Positions 1 to 9,908 of a DNA stretch of 64,000 nt are shown piece after piece. The stretch lies in assembly GCA_964626665.1 (NCBI GenBank), contig CAZVGK010000014.1:1-64000 (forward strand). The letters are read 5' to 3'. Under the pieces are notes generated by a model. It had not been told where the DNA came from. It saw only the letters and a list, made by a program, of their open reading frames with translations, and did not search any database. Numbering within the stretch: position 1 is the stretch's first letter; the number at the start of each line of letters is the position of its first letter. The DNA is from an uncultured Gemmatimonadota bacterium. GTDB lineage: Bacteria > SM23-81 > DAOVCL01. A program made the position numbers and the translations under genes.

Positions 1-46
1 TGCCAAATGGGTACCTCTAATCCCAGGAGGAAAATTCTATTTTTAA

Positions 47-216
47 ACAGCCTCTAAAAAGAAAAAAAGGCCGAAGCTTGACTGGATAGGAGGCTTAAAG
101 AGATACAGAGGCCAATACACCGCGCTTGAACTCCAGAAGATGGCCTCAAAATGGAGGGATTGATGTATCTGGTTGATTGTCATTATATTCCTCGGCATTG
201 TTCTCTTCAAATTTAG
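47..216 (+). pseudogene. Relic of a VapBC-type TA pair: 3' part of DUF2281-like antitoxin (47-163) and first codons of a PIN toxin (163-216)
   Basis: Frame 47-163 reads SKKKKRPKLDWIGGLKRYRGQYTALELQKMASKWRD* with no start (TAA at 44-46). TGATG overlap leads into MYLVD (typical PIN start), which stops after 17 aa. Confidence 0.6.
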
Positions 217-291
217 AGGAGTTCCAAGGTGGCGGACAGACTACAAAACAAATGATAAATCCTTAAGTTTAAAACATTGGAGTGAAAACAG

Positions 292-1548
292 ATGATAAAT
301 AGGGTTCAAGCTTTATACTATAAAGGATTAAAATCCATTGATATTGATCTGAAACCATTTATTATCTTGGTTGGCCCAAACGCCAGTGGCAAAAGCACTT
401 TCTTGGATATTTTCACCATACTCCATGATGTTCTGACGGAAAGTCCTGTATATGCGATTGAACGGAGAAGTTCTCACTTCAAAGAATTGGTATGGAATCA
501 AACAGGGAATAGCTTTGAAATTGCCTTAGAATTTTTAATCCCAGAAGATAAAAACAAGAAATTTCATTTAGCGCGTTATGAAATTTCCTTGGCTGAGGAT
601 AAAAAAGAAGGTATTGTGATCAAAAATGAAAATCTGTTTCTAATAAAAGAGGGGGCAGAAACAAACAAAGGTCAAGGAGATGTTCCTCAACAGAGAACAC
701 TTTTCCCGATGGAATCTAAACCGCCTGCGTATATTGTGTCTCCTCCTCGTAAAGGAACCCCTCAGGGTTGGCGTAAGATTATCTCTAAAAGCCCTCAGGG
801 TAACGACTATTTTCACTCAGAAACTACTGATTGGAATATAACCTATCGATTCGGGCCAACCAAGGTATCACTTGCCCGAATACCCGAAGATCAAATACGT
901 TTCCCCATCGCCCTTTGGGTGAAAAAGGTTTTAACGGAGGGGATTAATTTCTTGCAATTGAACAGCGTGGCAATGCGTTGGCCCTGCAGACCAGATACAC
1001 CTATTACTTTCCAGATGAATGGCTCTAATCTTCCAAAAGTTGTTAAGTATTTACAGGAAAATAATACAGATTCTTTTGAACGATGGGTAAAACACGTAAG
1101 GTCTGCTCTGCCTGAGATTGAAGATATCGGAATACGGGAAAAGCCGGAAGACCGCTATCTTTATGTCTATGCAAAACATAAAGGAGGTTTTAAAATACCC
1201 TCCTGGCTATTATCCGATGGCACCTTGCGGCTGCTCGCTCAAACGTTAATAGCCTATCTACCTGTAAGAGATCAGATTTACATCATAGAAGAACCGGAGA
1301 ACGGATTGCATCCGCTGACTATTGAGAGCGTATTTCAATCCCTCACGTCTGTGTATCAAAATCAAATGCTCTTAGCAACCCATTCTCCCGCCCTCCTTAG
1401 ATTGGCGGAGCCCAAAAACATACTCTGTTTCTCGAAAACGGATTCAGGAGCAGTTGACATTGTGCAGGGGGAAAAACATCCCAGATTAAAAGACTGGAAA
1501 AAAGAGGTTGACTTGGCTACGTTACACGCCGCAGGGGTATTGCAATGA
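292..1548 (+). CDS. ABC-type/AAA_21 ATPase, resembling MADS Mad3
   Basis: Walker A GPNASGKS, signature LSDGTLR, Walker B/D-loop IIEEPENGLHP, H-loop LATHSP. Confidence 0.85.
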   Translation: MINRVQALYYKGLKSIDIDLKPFIILVGPNASGKSTFLDIFTILHDVLTESPVYAIERRSSHFKELVWNQTGNSFEIALEFLIPEDKNKKFHLARYEISLAEDKKEGIVIKNENLFLIKEGAETNKGQGDVPQQRTLFPMESKPPAYIVSPPRKGTPQGWRKIISKSPQGNDYFHSETTDWNITYRFGPTKVSLARIPEDQIRFPIALWVKKVLTEGINFLQLNSVAMRWPCRPDTPITFQMNGSNLPKVVKYLQENNTDSFERWVKHVRSALPEIEDIGIREKPEDRYLYVYAKHKGGFKIPSWLLSDGTLRLLAQTLIAYLPVRDQIYIIEEPENGLHPLTIESVFQSLTSVYQNQMLLATHSPALLRLAEPKNILCFSKTDSGAVDIVQGEKHPRLKDWKKEVDLATLHAAGVLQ

Positions 1549-2177
1549 TGAAAGATCTCATCGTATTGGTGCCGGATAAAGATACCCAATTTGCATTAGA
1601 AGGGATTCTGGGGCGCCATGATGCGTTCCATACCCAAAGGATTGAATATGATATTTTCGTTCACCCCTTGCACGATCCGGGGGTTTATAAAAATGCGGTT
1701 GCGTTTTTGCGGCCTTATTTGAATCAGTATAAATACGCCCTGGTTTTTCTGGATAGAGAAGGCAGCGGACAGGAAAGAAACACGGCATCTCAGATCAGCC
1801 ATGATTTAAGGAAGCAGCTTGAAAGAAACGGATGGTCCGAAAGAGCAGAGGTGATTGTATTCGACCCGGAACTTGAGATTTGGGCATGGGTGGATTCAGC
1901 CCAGATGGCACAGACACTGGGATGGAGTAATTATCCACAACTAAAAGACTACCTCGTTCAACAAGGACTTTGGCAGAGGGATACTCCTAAACCACAAAGA
2001 CCTAAAGAAGCTTTTGAATTGGCGTTAAGGTCTAAGGGAATTCCACGTTCATCATCTATCTACAAGGCAATTGCTGATCAGGTGAGCTTTATCGGGTGTG
2101 TTGAAGCATCATTTGAAAAGTTTAGAACTATTTTGAAAGGATGGTTTCGCAAAGAGAGCCAAAATGAGGATCTATAA
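1545..2177 (+). CDS. ATPase partner resembling MADS Mad4 / DUF4276-like TOPRIM-type protein
   Basis: ATGA overlap with ATPase; motifs DLIVLVPDK, HP..DPG, FLDREG, PELEIW, KP.RPKE. Confidence 0.7.
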   Translation: MMKDLIVLVPDKDTQFALEGILGRHDAFHTQRIEYDIFVHPLHDPGVYKNAVAFLRPYLNQYKYALVFLDREGSGQERNTASQISHDLRKQLERNGWSERAEVIVFDPELEIWAWVDSAQMAQTLGWSNYPQLKDYLVQQGLWQRDTPKPQRPKEAFELALRSKGIPRSSSIYKAIADQVSFIGCVEASFEKFRTILKGWFRKESQNEDL

Positions 2178-2230
2178 CAAAAGCTTCGGCGAAGCGGTTT
2201 TCCCGAATATTTGCAGGAGATAGAAGAGTT

Positions 2231-3457
2231 ATGAATAAAGCGGAATTATTGGAGATTATTGGAAGTGGCGAGAGCTCTGGGGTCGAATTCAAGCGTGATG
2301 ATATTCCAATTCAGGATCTTGCACGAGAGATTGTGGCATTTGCCAATTATCAAGGTGGTATGATACTTCTTGGGGTTGAAGACAACGGGGAGATCTCAGG
2401 CATTCAGCGTCAAAACATTGAGGAATGGATCATGGAAGCTTGTAGAACCAAGGTGGAGCCTGAGATCATTCCCTATTACGAAGCTGTGGTTATTGGGAAT
2501 GGCAAAAAGGTTGCGATAGTCAGGATAAGCTCTGGTCCTGCCAAACCTTACGCTATGCTCCACCACGGGCACCGATATTATTATATACGGGCAGGAAGCA
2601 CGGTCCGCGAAGCCGGAAGAGAGGAACTGCTTCGTCTGTTCCAGGCTTCTGGAAGGGTAACCGTTGATCTTCAGCCAGTTCCCGGGGCGACCCTTGCCGA
2701 CCTTGATCCGAGGCGTTTGAGGCAATATTTTGAAGATATCCTTGAACAGATGATGCCCAAACAAGATGATGAATTATGTCATCTGCTTGAGACAGTTGAT
2801 CTCATGACACAGGCAAATGGCATGTCTATTCCGACGGTTGCCGGAATGCTCCTCTTTGGAAAGCATGTAAAGCGTTTCCTGCCTCAGGCTGGCATACGCG
2901 CGGTGGCATATCCTGGAAAGGAGAAAGATTATGCAGTAATAGACGATGAAATCCTCATGGGACCTATGCTTCCACTGCTGGAGAAGAATAGGGAGGGGCT
3001 TGTGGAACGCGGGCTTGTAGAACAGGCCGAAGACTTTACACGTCGGAATATCGGCGTGAAAGCCTATCTGGATCTGGGGCGCCGGGTAGAAAAACGCGAT
3101 TATCCACTGGATGTTGTCAGAGAGATCATCGTCAATGCCCTTGTCCATCGTGACTATACAATAGCCGGAACAGATATTATGTTGGCCATATACAGCGATA
3201 GACTCGAAATAACCAGCCCGGGCCGTCTGCCAAATACGGTGACCATCGAGGGAATCAAACGGGGACAGCGCTATGCCAGGAATCAGATTCTTGTGTATAT
3301 TATGAGAGATTACGGCTATGTGGAATACCGGGGTATGGGAATAAATAGCAAGGTAATCCCTGGCATGGTTAAACATAACGGCACAGAACCCGATCTAATC
3401 GAGGATGAATATTCATTTACCGTTCGGCTGTGGAGAGAAAAATCCGGAGAGGGATAA
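2231..3457 (+). CDS. AlbA_2 (Schlafen-like) DNA-binding domain + HATPase_c_4 (RecG-like C-terminal) protein
   Basis: GESSGVEFK, AFANYQGG.I.LGV.D.G; EIIVNALVHRDY, DRLEITSPG, ARNQ, E.RG.G. Confidence 0.85.
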   Translation: MNKAELLEIIGSGESSGVEFKRDDIPIQDLAREIVAFANYQGGMILLGVEDNGEISGIQRQNIEEWIMEACRTKVEPEIIPYYEAVVIGNGKKVAIVRISSGPAKPYAMLHHGHRYYYIRAGSTVREAGREELLRLFQASGRVTVDLQPVPGATLADLDPRRLRQYFEDILEQMMPKQDDELCHLLETVDLMTQANGMSIPTVAGMLLFGKHVKRFLPQAGIRAVAYPGKEKDYAVIDDEILMGPMLPLLEKNREGLVERGLVEQAEDFTRRNIGVKAYLDLGRRVEKRDYPLDVVREIIVNALVHRDYTIAGTDIMLAIYSDRLEITSPGRLPNTVTIEGIKRGQRYARNQILVYIMRDYGYVEYRGMGINSKVIPGMVKHNGTEPDLIEDEYSFTVRLWREKSGEG

Positions 3458-3461
3458 TGCA

Positions 3462-6185
3462 ATGAAGCGCTTTATTGAGGAAACCTTTCCAGTCAAGGAA
3501 GTCAGCATCGAGTCTGCCAGGGAGAAGAATATCCGCCACGGGCACATATCCACCTTGCATATCTGGTGGGCACGTAAGCCTCTCGCTTCATCGCGGGCGA
3601 CAAACTATGCGGCCCTCATCCCAGCGATCTCCCCAAAGGACAACCCCGACGAATGGCAAAGGAAAAGGGATTTCATCATCAACTTCTCCAAATGGGAGAA
3701 TTCCTTAGATCGAGGAACGATCGCACGAGCGAAAGAGGATATTCTCAAGGCCAATGGCGGAAAGCCGCCCAAAGTCCTGGACCCCTTTGGAGGAGGCGGG
3801 GCTATTCCCTTAGAAGCCCTGAGGCTGGGCTGTGAGACCTATTCTAACGATTACAACCCTGTTGCGGTTCTCATCCAGAAATGTACCCTGGAGTATCCCC
3901 AGAAGTATGGCAAACCCGGAGAGATTGAAAGAGAGGTTGAATCCTTTGGAGTCAGGCGTAAGGAAAAGGTGAAGGTGGAGAACAGACTGCTGGAGGATGT
4001 GAAGCGCTGGGGCCACTGGGTCTTAGAAGAAGCGAAAAAGGAGATTGGGAGATTTTACCCGGTTGAAGAAGATGGCTCCATTCCTGTGGGATATTATTGG
4101 ATGCGAACGATCCCTTGCCAAAATCCTTCCTGTGGTGCTGATATACCCTTAACTGCAAATTGGTGGCTGGCAAAGAAGCCCAAGAAAAGGGTGACGCTTT
4201 ATCTACACATTGATGGTCGGGAGGTCAAGTTCAAGATCGTGGGTAAAGGATATGAGCAGATGCCCACAGACTTTGACCCCACCAATGGCACCATTTCAAG
4301 GGCGGTGGCTACTTGCCCGGTCTGCGGCGCTGTGGTGGACGCCAAGACTACAAGGAGGCTTTTTCAGGAAGGAAGAGCCGGACAGCGGATGGTGGCGGTG
4401 GTTTTGCACAAGCCCGGCGCGAGCGGCAAGAGATACAGGATTGCCACAGAGAAGGATATGGAGATTTTCAGGGAGGCGAAGGAATATCTCAAGGAGAAAC
4501 GGGAAAAACTGATGTTGGAATGGGGGATGGAGCCGGTGCCTGATGAAAATATTGACCCAAATTCTGTAAAACCTCGAACTATGTGGCTTTATGGAATGAA
4601 GAAATGGGGCGATATGTTCAATTCAAGGCAGAAGCTGGCGATGATTACCTTTGTGGAAAAGGTGCGAGAAGTGCATGGGAAAATACTGGAAGAAGGCTAT
4701 GAGGAGGAGTATGCAAAAGCGGTGGTGAGTTATTTGGCGTTGGGGGTGGATAGGCTTACGTCATTCTCTACGACATTGTGTAGATGGAAAAGCGGAACAG
4801 AACAGAATATTCCAGCATATAGCGGGCGAAATGCTCTACCGATGGTTTTCAATTATTTTGAGATAAACACAGTCGGTACCATAAGCACAAGCTGGTCTAA
4901 TTCAATAGAGACAGTCAGAGAGTCGTTAGAAAACGTGTTTGATTCGACAGTTTCAGCAACTATTACGCAGAACTCTTCAACATCTCTCTCATATCCTAGC
5001 GGTTTTTTTGACGCGGTTTTTACAGATCCCCCTTATTACGACAGTATTAACTACGCGGAGCTATCTGATTTTTTCTATGTATGGTTGAAAAGAACTGTTG
5101 GGAATTTGTATGTAGAACTCTTTTCCACACCGTTAGTTCCTAAATCGAACGAAATTGTGGCGAACCCGATTAGACAAGGGGGTCAGGAAAAAGCAAGGGA
5201 ATTTTTTGAGTTCAATCTCAAAAAATCCTTTCAGGAAATCCATCGTGTCTTAAAAGAAGATGGCATTACAGCTATAGTTTATGCCCATAAATCCACAGAA
5301 GGCTGGGAGACGCTCATCAACTCATTACTGGATTCAGGCCTGATTGTGACCGGCGCCTGGCCTATACGCACAGAAATGAGTACACGACTGAATGCTAATG
5401 AGACCGCCGCCCTCGCCTCCTCCATCTACATCGTCGCCCGCAAGATGGAGCGCCAGCCTACCGGCTTCTATAATGAGGTAAAGGAAGAATTGAAAAAGCA
5501 CCTGAATGCAAAACTCGAGCGTCTCTGGGCAGAGGGCATCGGTGGAGCGGACTTCTTCATCGCCGCCATTGGCTCGGCAATTGAGGTCTTTGGGAAATAC
5601 GAGCAGGTGATGGACTATGAAGGCCACATCGTCCGCGCCGACCGCCTGCTTGCAGATGTGCGAAAGATCGCCACGGATTATGCCGTTCATCAGATATTAC
5701 GGAACGGATTTGAGGGGGAGATTTCCGATTTGACCCGTTTTTATGTCCTTTATCGTTGGAACTACGGTGGAGTGAGAGTGCACTTCGACGAGGCACGCAA
5801 ACTGGCTCAGAGCTGCAACATTGACCTATCCAACGAGTGGAATAGGCCGGGATTTATCAAGAAGGAGAAGGAATTTATCAGGGTTTTAGGGCCACAGGAT
5901 AGAAAGCTTGAAGACCTTAAGAATCCATCACAACTAATAGATGTCCTTCACGCCGTTCTCTTGCTCTGGGAGAAAGGGAGACGAAACGATATTGTAGGCT
6001 TGCTTCAGGAATCTGGTTACGGCAGGGGCGAAGCATTTTATCGAGTGGCCCAAGCGATATCCGAGTCCCTGCCCATCGAAGACAAGGAGAAAAAGCTCTT
6101 GGATGGATTCTTGGCGGGCAGGGAACGACTAAAAGAACAAGTAAAAGTAAAAGAGGCTGAGGCCGTGCAGGAAAGGTTGCTTTAA
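3462..6185 (+). CDS. DUF1156 family adenine-specific DNA methyltransferase with zinc ribbon
   Basis: N-terminal LHIWWARKPL; motif I DPFGGGG; CQNPSC/CPVC; motif IV TDPPYYD; start reassigned to ATG 3462 (MKRFIE) just after the upstream stop. Confidence 0.9.
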   Translation: MKRFIEETFPVKEVSIESAREKNIRHGHISTLHIWWARKPLASSRATNYAALIPAISPKDNPDEWQRKRDFIINFSKWENSLDRGTIARAKEDILKANGGKPPKVLDPFGGGGAIPLEALRLGCETYSNDYNPVAVLIQKCTLEYPQKYGKPGEIEREVESFGVRRKEKVKVENRLLEDVKRWGHWVLEEAKKEIGRFYPVEEDGSIPVGYYWMRTIPCQNPSCGADIPLTANWWLAKKPKKRVTLYLHIDGREVKFKIVGKGYEQMPTDFDPTNGTISRAVATCPVCGAVVDAKTTRRLFQEGRAGQRMVAVVLHKPGASGKRYRIATEKDMEIFREAKEYLKEKREKLMLEWGMEPVPDENIDPNSVKPRTMWLYGMKKWGDMFNSRQKLAMITFVEKVREVHGKILEEGYEEEYAKAVVSYLALGVDRLTSFSTTLCRWKSGTEQNIPAYSGRNALPMVFNYFEINTVGTISTSWSNSIETVRESLENVFDSTVSATITQNSSTSLSYPSGFFDAVFTDPPYYDSINYAELSDFFYVWLKRTVGNLYVELFSTPLVPKSNEIVANPIRQGGQEKAREFFEFNLKKSFQEIHRVLKEDGITAIVYAHKSTEGWETLINSLLDSGLIVTGAWPIRTEMSTRLNANETAALASSIYIVARKMERQPTGFYNEVKEELKKHLNAKLERLWAEGIGGADFFIAAIGSAIEVFGKYEQVMDYEGHIVRADRLLADVRKIATDYAVHQILRNGFEGEISDLTRFYVLYRWNYGGVRVHFDEARKLAQSCNIDLSNEWNRPGFIKKEKEFIRVLGPQDRKLEDLKNPSQLIDVLHAVLLLWEKGRRNDIVGLLQESGYGRGEAFYRVAQAISESLPIEDKEKKLLDGFLAGRERLKEQVKVKEAEAVQERLL

Positions 6186-6206
6186 CCCCTATTATTCACT
6201 GGACGA

Positions 6207-6243
6207 TCAACCTTCCCCAGGTTGGCAACCTGCGGGAGGTTGA
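6207..6243. repeat. REP-like hairpin between methylase and DUF499 genes
   Basis: TCAACCTTCCCCAGGTT-GGC-AACCTGCGGGAGGTTGA imperfect palindrome. Confidence 0.55.
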
Positions 6244-6284
6244 CAGAACATAGAAAAGAAGGCAAATGAAGGGAGATAGGTGAT

Positions 6285-8828
6285 ATGAAAGCATTCCATA
6301 CGATTGCGATCCCCCACCGTGACATCTTAGAAGGCCGTCTCACTATGGACATATTTGCGGCAGACCTGTGGGAGGTCAGCCAGCAACGAGGGCCAGACGA
6401 ATATAAGGACGCAGAGACCTTCTTCAGGAAGACCTATCCAACCCAGGGGCTTGAAAACCTTCTTGGTGTTGTAGAAAAACGCCTACAGGGAAAAGGGGGT
6501 GACTCTGTTATCCAGATTCAAACACCCTTCGGTGGCGGAAAGACCCACGCCTTGATTGCTATGTATCATAAGGCCGCTGAATGGGGGACAAAGAAGGTAG
6601 CGGTGGTCGGCACTGCTCTAAATGCAAAAGAAACCACGCTTTGGGGACTTTTAGAAAAACAGTTGACTGGTAAAATTGCAAAATTCCTCGGACAGGTAGC
6701 TCCAGGCAAAGAGGCGATAAGAAATTTGCTTGATAAACATCAGCCGGTTCTGATATTGATGGATGAAGTTTTAGAATATGCGACCAAAGCAGCAGCCGTT
6801 CAGGTCATGGAAAGCACTTTAGCTGCCCAGACCATTGCCTTTATGCAAGAGCTCACCGAGACGGTAGCCACCTTAGAGAAAGTCTGCCTGGTGATAACTC
6901 TGCCGTCAAGTGATATTGAACATTACGGTGAAGGAGCAGAAAAACTTTTCCAGCAATTACAGAAGGTGGCCGGTAGAGTGGAGAAGATCTACACACCGGT
7001 TCAGGAAAGTGAAATTGCAAGTATTATCAGAAGAAGGATTTTCAGCAATTTTAAGCAGGATGAAGCGAAGGAAATCGTTCTGGAATTTATGGAATACGCG
7101 GAGAAAGAAGGGATACTCCCTGCAGGGTTACAGCCGAGCCAATATAGAGATAGGTTCCTCGATTCATATCCATTTATGCCTGAAGTGGTAGATGTTCTCT
7201 ATCATCGCTGGGGAAGTTTCCCCACATTCCAGAGAACCCGGGGCGTGCTCAGGCTTCTTTCCTTGGTAGTGCATTCGTTAAAGGGAACAAACAAACCTTA
7301 CATCAGCCTGGCAGATTTTGACCTGGCCAATCAGGAAATCCGCCAGGAGCTTTTAAAACACATTGGAGCAGAATACAACAGTGTCATAGCGGCTGATATC
7401 ACTGCTGTAGAGGCTGGGTCCAAAAAAGTAGATGCATCCCTGGGTAGATCCTACCAGGGGTTGAACCTGGGCACGCGCACGGCGACAACCATTTTTCTCT
7501 ACTCCTTCTCCGGTGGGCACGAACGTGGCACGACATTAGGTGAACTAAAACGTTCTGCCACTACCATTGAGAACCCAGCAAGTGTTGTCGCAGAAGCCGC
7601 TGAGCAGTTAAAGGGTAAACTTTTTTACCAGCAAAACATTGGTGAGAAATACTTCTTTAGCAACCAGCCCAACCTAAATCGAATTCTTTTGACCAATATG
7701 GAGAACATCAAAGGAAGCGAGCTTGTGGAAATGGAAGGGGAGCTTTTAAAGGAGAATATAAAGGGCGGGAAGTTAAAGGTCTTTGTCTGGGAGGAAAACG
7801 GATCTAATATCCCTGATTCCGAAGAACTCAAACTCGTGATCCTGAAGAGAGAGAACCCAGAGGTAATAAGCAATATCCTAAAAACTAAAGGGCAAACACC
7901 GCGGGTTTACCGGAATACGCTGTTTTTCCTCTATCCTATGGAATCTGAGAGACCAGGCTTTATGAATACGATGAAACGCAAAATCGCCTACGAATATATT
8001 GAGCAGGATAAAACGCTCAGTCTTTCTGATGAACAGCGAAAGGAAATCAAGAAAGAATTGAAGAAGGCAGAGGTGGATTTGAGAGAGTCCATCCGCAAAC
8101 TTTATCGGATAATTGCGATTCCGGACAAAGAAGGATTTAAGAATGCCGATTTAGGAGTTCCCACCTACGGAGAGGAGAAGGGGCTTGATCGGGAGGTTTA
8201 TGAAAACATGAGGTCTGCTGGGGAGATACTGGAAAACATCGCCCCAATAGTCCTCAAGGAGAAGTATCTCTCTAAGAGAGAGTATGTCATCACAGAGCAA
8301 CTTTATCAGTCATCCTTAAAGACACCTGGGGAGACAAGGCTGCTAAACAAAGAGGTTCTGGAACAGGGGATTGCTGAAGGTGTACGGATGGGGCTCTTCG
8401 GGGTAGGTGAACTGGAAGCCAACAAACTAATCTGTCGGTATTTCAAGGAACAACCAAATATCGCATTCTCTGGGAATGAAGTTCTCATTGGCGAAAAGGT
8501 GTGCTGTGAGCAGAGGGAGAAAGAGCTAAAAGTGGAAACCTATCCACAACCCACCGGAACCGGTAGCTCAAGGGCACATGAGGGAAGTGGAGAAAAGGTA
8601 GAACCCACCCGTCCTGTGGGAAAAATGAGGGAGAGCATCCAGCTTAAATTCCAAGTGCCCAAGGGGAAAGTAGCCAATATTATGGGGATGATGAATCTAT
8701 TGCAGAGCAAATTTGATACCTTGGAGATAGAACTTGCCGCCAAGGGCGGAGCGATCTCTGAACAAGATTATGAGGACAAAATTCGAGAAACTTTCAGGCA
8801 ACTGGGGGTTGTATTGGACGAAGAATAG
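6285..8828 (+). CDS. DUF499 family AAA+ ATPase
   Basis: PHRDI...FAADL, Walker A TPFGGGKTH, Walker B ILMDE, SYPFMPE, FQRTRGVLRLL; RBS GGAG/AGGTG. Confidence 0.9.
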   Translation: MKAFHTIAIPHRDILEGRLTMDIFAADLWEVSQQRGPDEYKDAETFFRKTYPTQGLENLLGVVEKRLQGKGGDSVIQIQTPFGGGKTHALIAMYHKAAEWGTKKVAVVGTALNAKETTLWGLLEKQLTGKIAKFLGQVAPGKEAIRNLLDKHQPVLILMDEVLEYATKAAAVQVMESTLAAQTIAFMQELTETVATLEKVCLVITLPSSDIEHYGEGAEKLFQQLQKVAGRVEKIYTPVQESEIASIIRRRIFSNFKQDEAKEIVLEFMEYAEKEGILPAGLQPSQYRDRFLDSYPFMPEVVDVLYHRWGSFPTFQRTRGVLRLLSLVVHSLKGTNKPYISLADFDLANQEIRQELLKHIGAEYNSVIAADITAVEAGSKKVDASLGRSYQGLNLGTRTATTIFLYSFSGGHERGTTLGELKRSATTIENPASVVAEAAEQLKGKLFYQQNIGEKYFFSNQPNLNRILLTNMENIKGSELVEMEGELLKENIKGGKLKVFVWEENGSNIPDSEELKLVILKRENPEVISNILKTKGQTPRVYRNTLFFLYPMESERPGFMNTMKRKIAYEYIEQDKTLSLSDEQRKEIKKELKKAEVDLRESIRKLYRIIAIPDKEGFKNADLGVPTYGEEKGLDREVYENMRSAGEILENIAPIVLKEKYLSKREYVITEQLYQSSLKTPGETRLLNKEVLEQGIAEGVRMGLFGVGELEANKLICRYFKEQPNIAFSGNEVLIGEKVCCEQREKELKVETYPQPTGTGSSRAHEGSGEKVEPTRPVGKMRESIQLKFQVPKGKVANIMGMMNLLQSKFDTLEIELAAKGGAISEQDYEDKIRETFRQLGVVLDEE

Positions 8829-9117
8829 AGTGTAGTCGCTTAATATGCCTAATTCTCAGGGCTGAAGTTATACCTCTTTAAGTAGAGTGCCTCGTTCAAA
8901 AAATTGTGGATGATATTGTGAAAGAATAGATTTCTTAGCGGAAATAGTTGCTAATGAAGGCTTGACTTTATTCCTTTACCCATTTTCGGCAATTGGATTG
9001 CACCTTTAATCTCTTTGTGTCAGGGTATTTTTAGGATTGCTTGGATGGGATCAAGAGTTAATTGCAGATTACAGTAAAAATTTGGGGTGTTTTTGTGAGA
9101 GGGATCTGTTAATAAAA

Positions 9118-9149
9118 AAACTTCCCACATTACCTAAAGTGGGAAGTTT
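9118..9149 (-). terminator. Intrinsic terminator after gene 9186-9839
   Basis: AAACTTCCCAC...GTGGGAAGTTT stem followed by a T-run on the minus strand. Confidence 0.65.
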
Positions 9150-9185
9150 CATAGAGACATTAGAACCAAAGTAATTTACATAGTT

Positions 9186-9839
9186 TTATGGATCCTCGTC
9201 TGGTGGCAAATCAATGTAGTATTGCATCTCTCCCGTATAAGCGGCTGAGCTCTGACCGGCGGCAAGTCTAGCAGCTTCATTAACCTCATATTGTCGACGT
9301 GTATAAGTCCGTGTGCCACTTGCAATGTCTTTCTTTGCATCACGAAAGAGGTTCTTGAATTCGCTTTTCTTTATCTCCGTGTATTGAGGATGGTAATTGA
9401 TGTGTTTTTCCGGTTCCGCAGCAATTTTTCCTATGGCTTCGAGATAACGGTGTGCAAGGTCTGTAACGTCTAAACTAATATACTTGTCGGATTGTTCGTA
9501 AAATATCTCACCTCCATATGAACCTTCATATTGAACAAAGAACTCAATTCCCATCTTAGGCATACCCTGATGAACGATACCGCACCGAACAGACTCGTAC
9601 AAAAATGCTGCCAAACCCTTTGACAGACCCATTTTTTCGTGCAGGAATTGTTTTGATCGCTCCCCCACATTGCCGCTCCCAAAACCGTAACACATGCCTC
9701 CCAGGTTATCTATCCCATTCAAAGTTGTGACTAGCAGAGGCCCAGCGCAAGGCAATTTAGACTCAAGAAGAGCTTCAACATCTCCCTTACTGTACTTAAT
9801 GACTGATCTTTCGAAGTACAATTCCGTTTTTCGATCCAT
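9186..9839 (-). CDS. Hypothetical protein with HEPN-like RxxxxH motif
   Basis: AGGAGG RBS before ATG 9839; helical protein with LYESVRCGIVH. Confidence 0.65.
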   Translation of the reverse strand: MDRKTELYFERSVIKYSKGDVEALLESKLPCAGPLLVTTLNGIDNLGGMCYGFGSGNVGERSKQFLHEKMGLSKGLAAFLYESVRCGIVHQGMPKMGIEFFVQYEGSYGGEIFYEQSDKYISLDVTDLAHRYLEAIGKIAAEPEKHINYHPQYTEIKKSEFKNLFRDAKKDIASGTRTYTRRQYEVNEAARLAAGQSSAAYTGEMQYYIDLPPDEDP

Positions 9840-9908
9840 ACCATTCCTCCTTTTTATGAATAGACTAACGGAAACTTTTTGAAGTTTAATTATAAGTACA
9901 CATAATAC

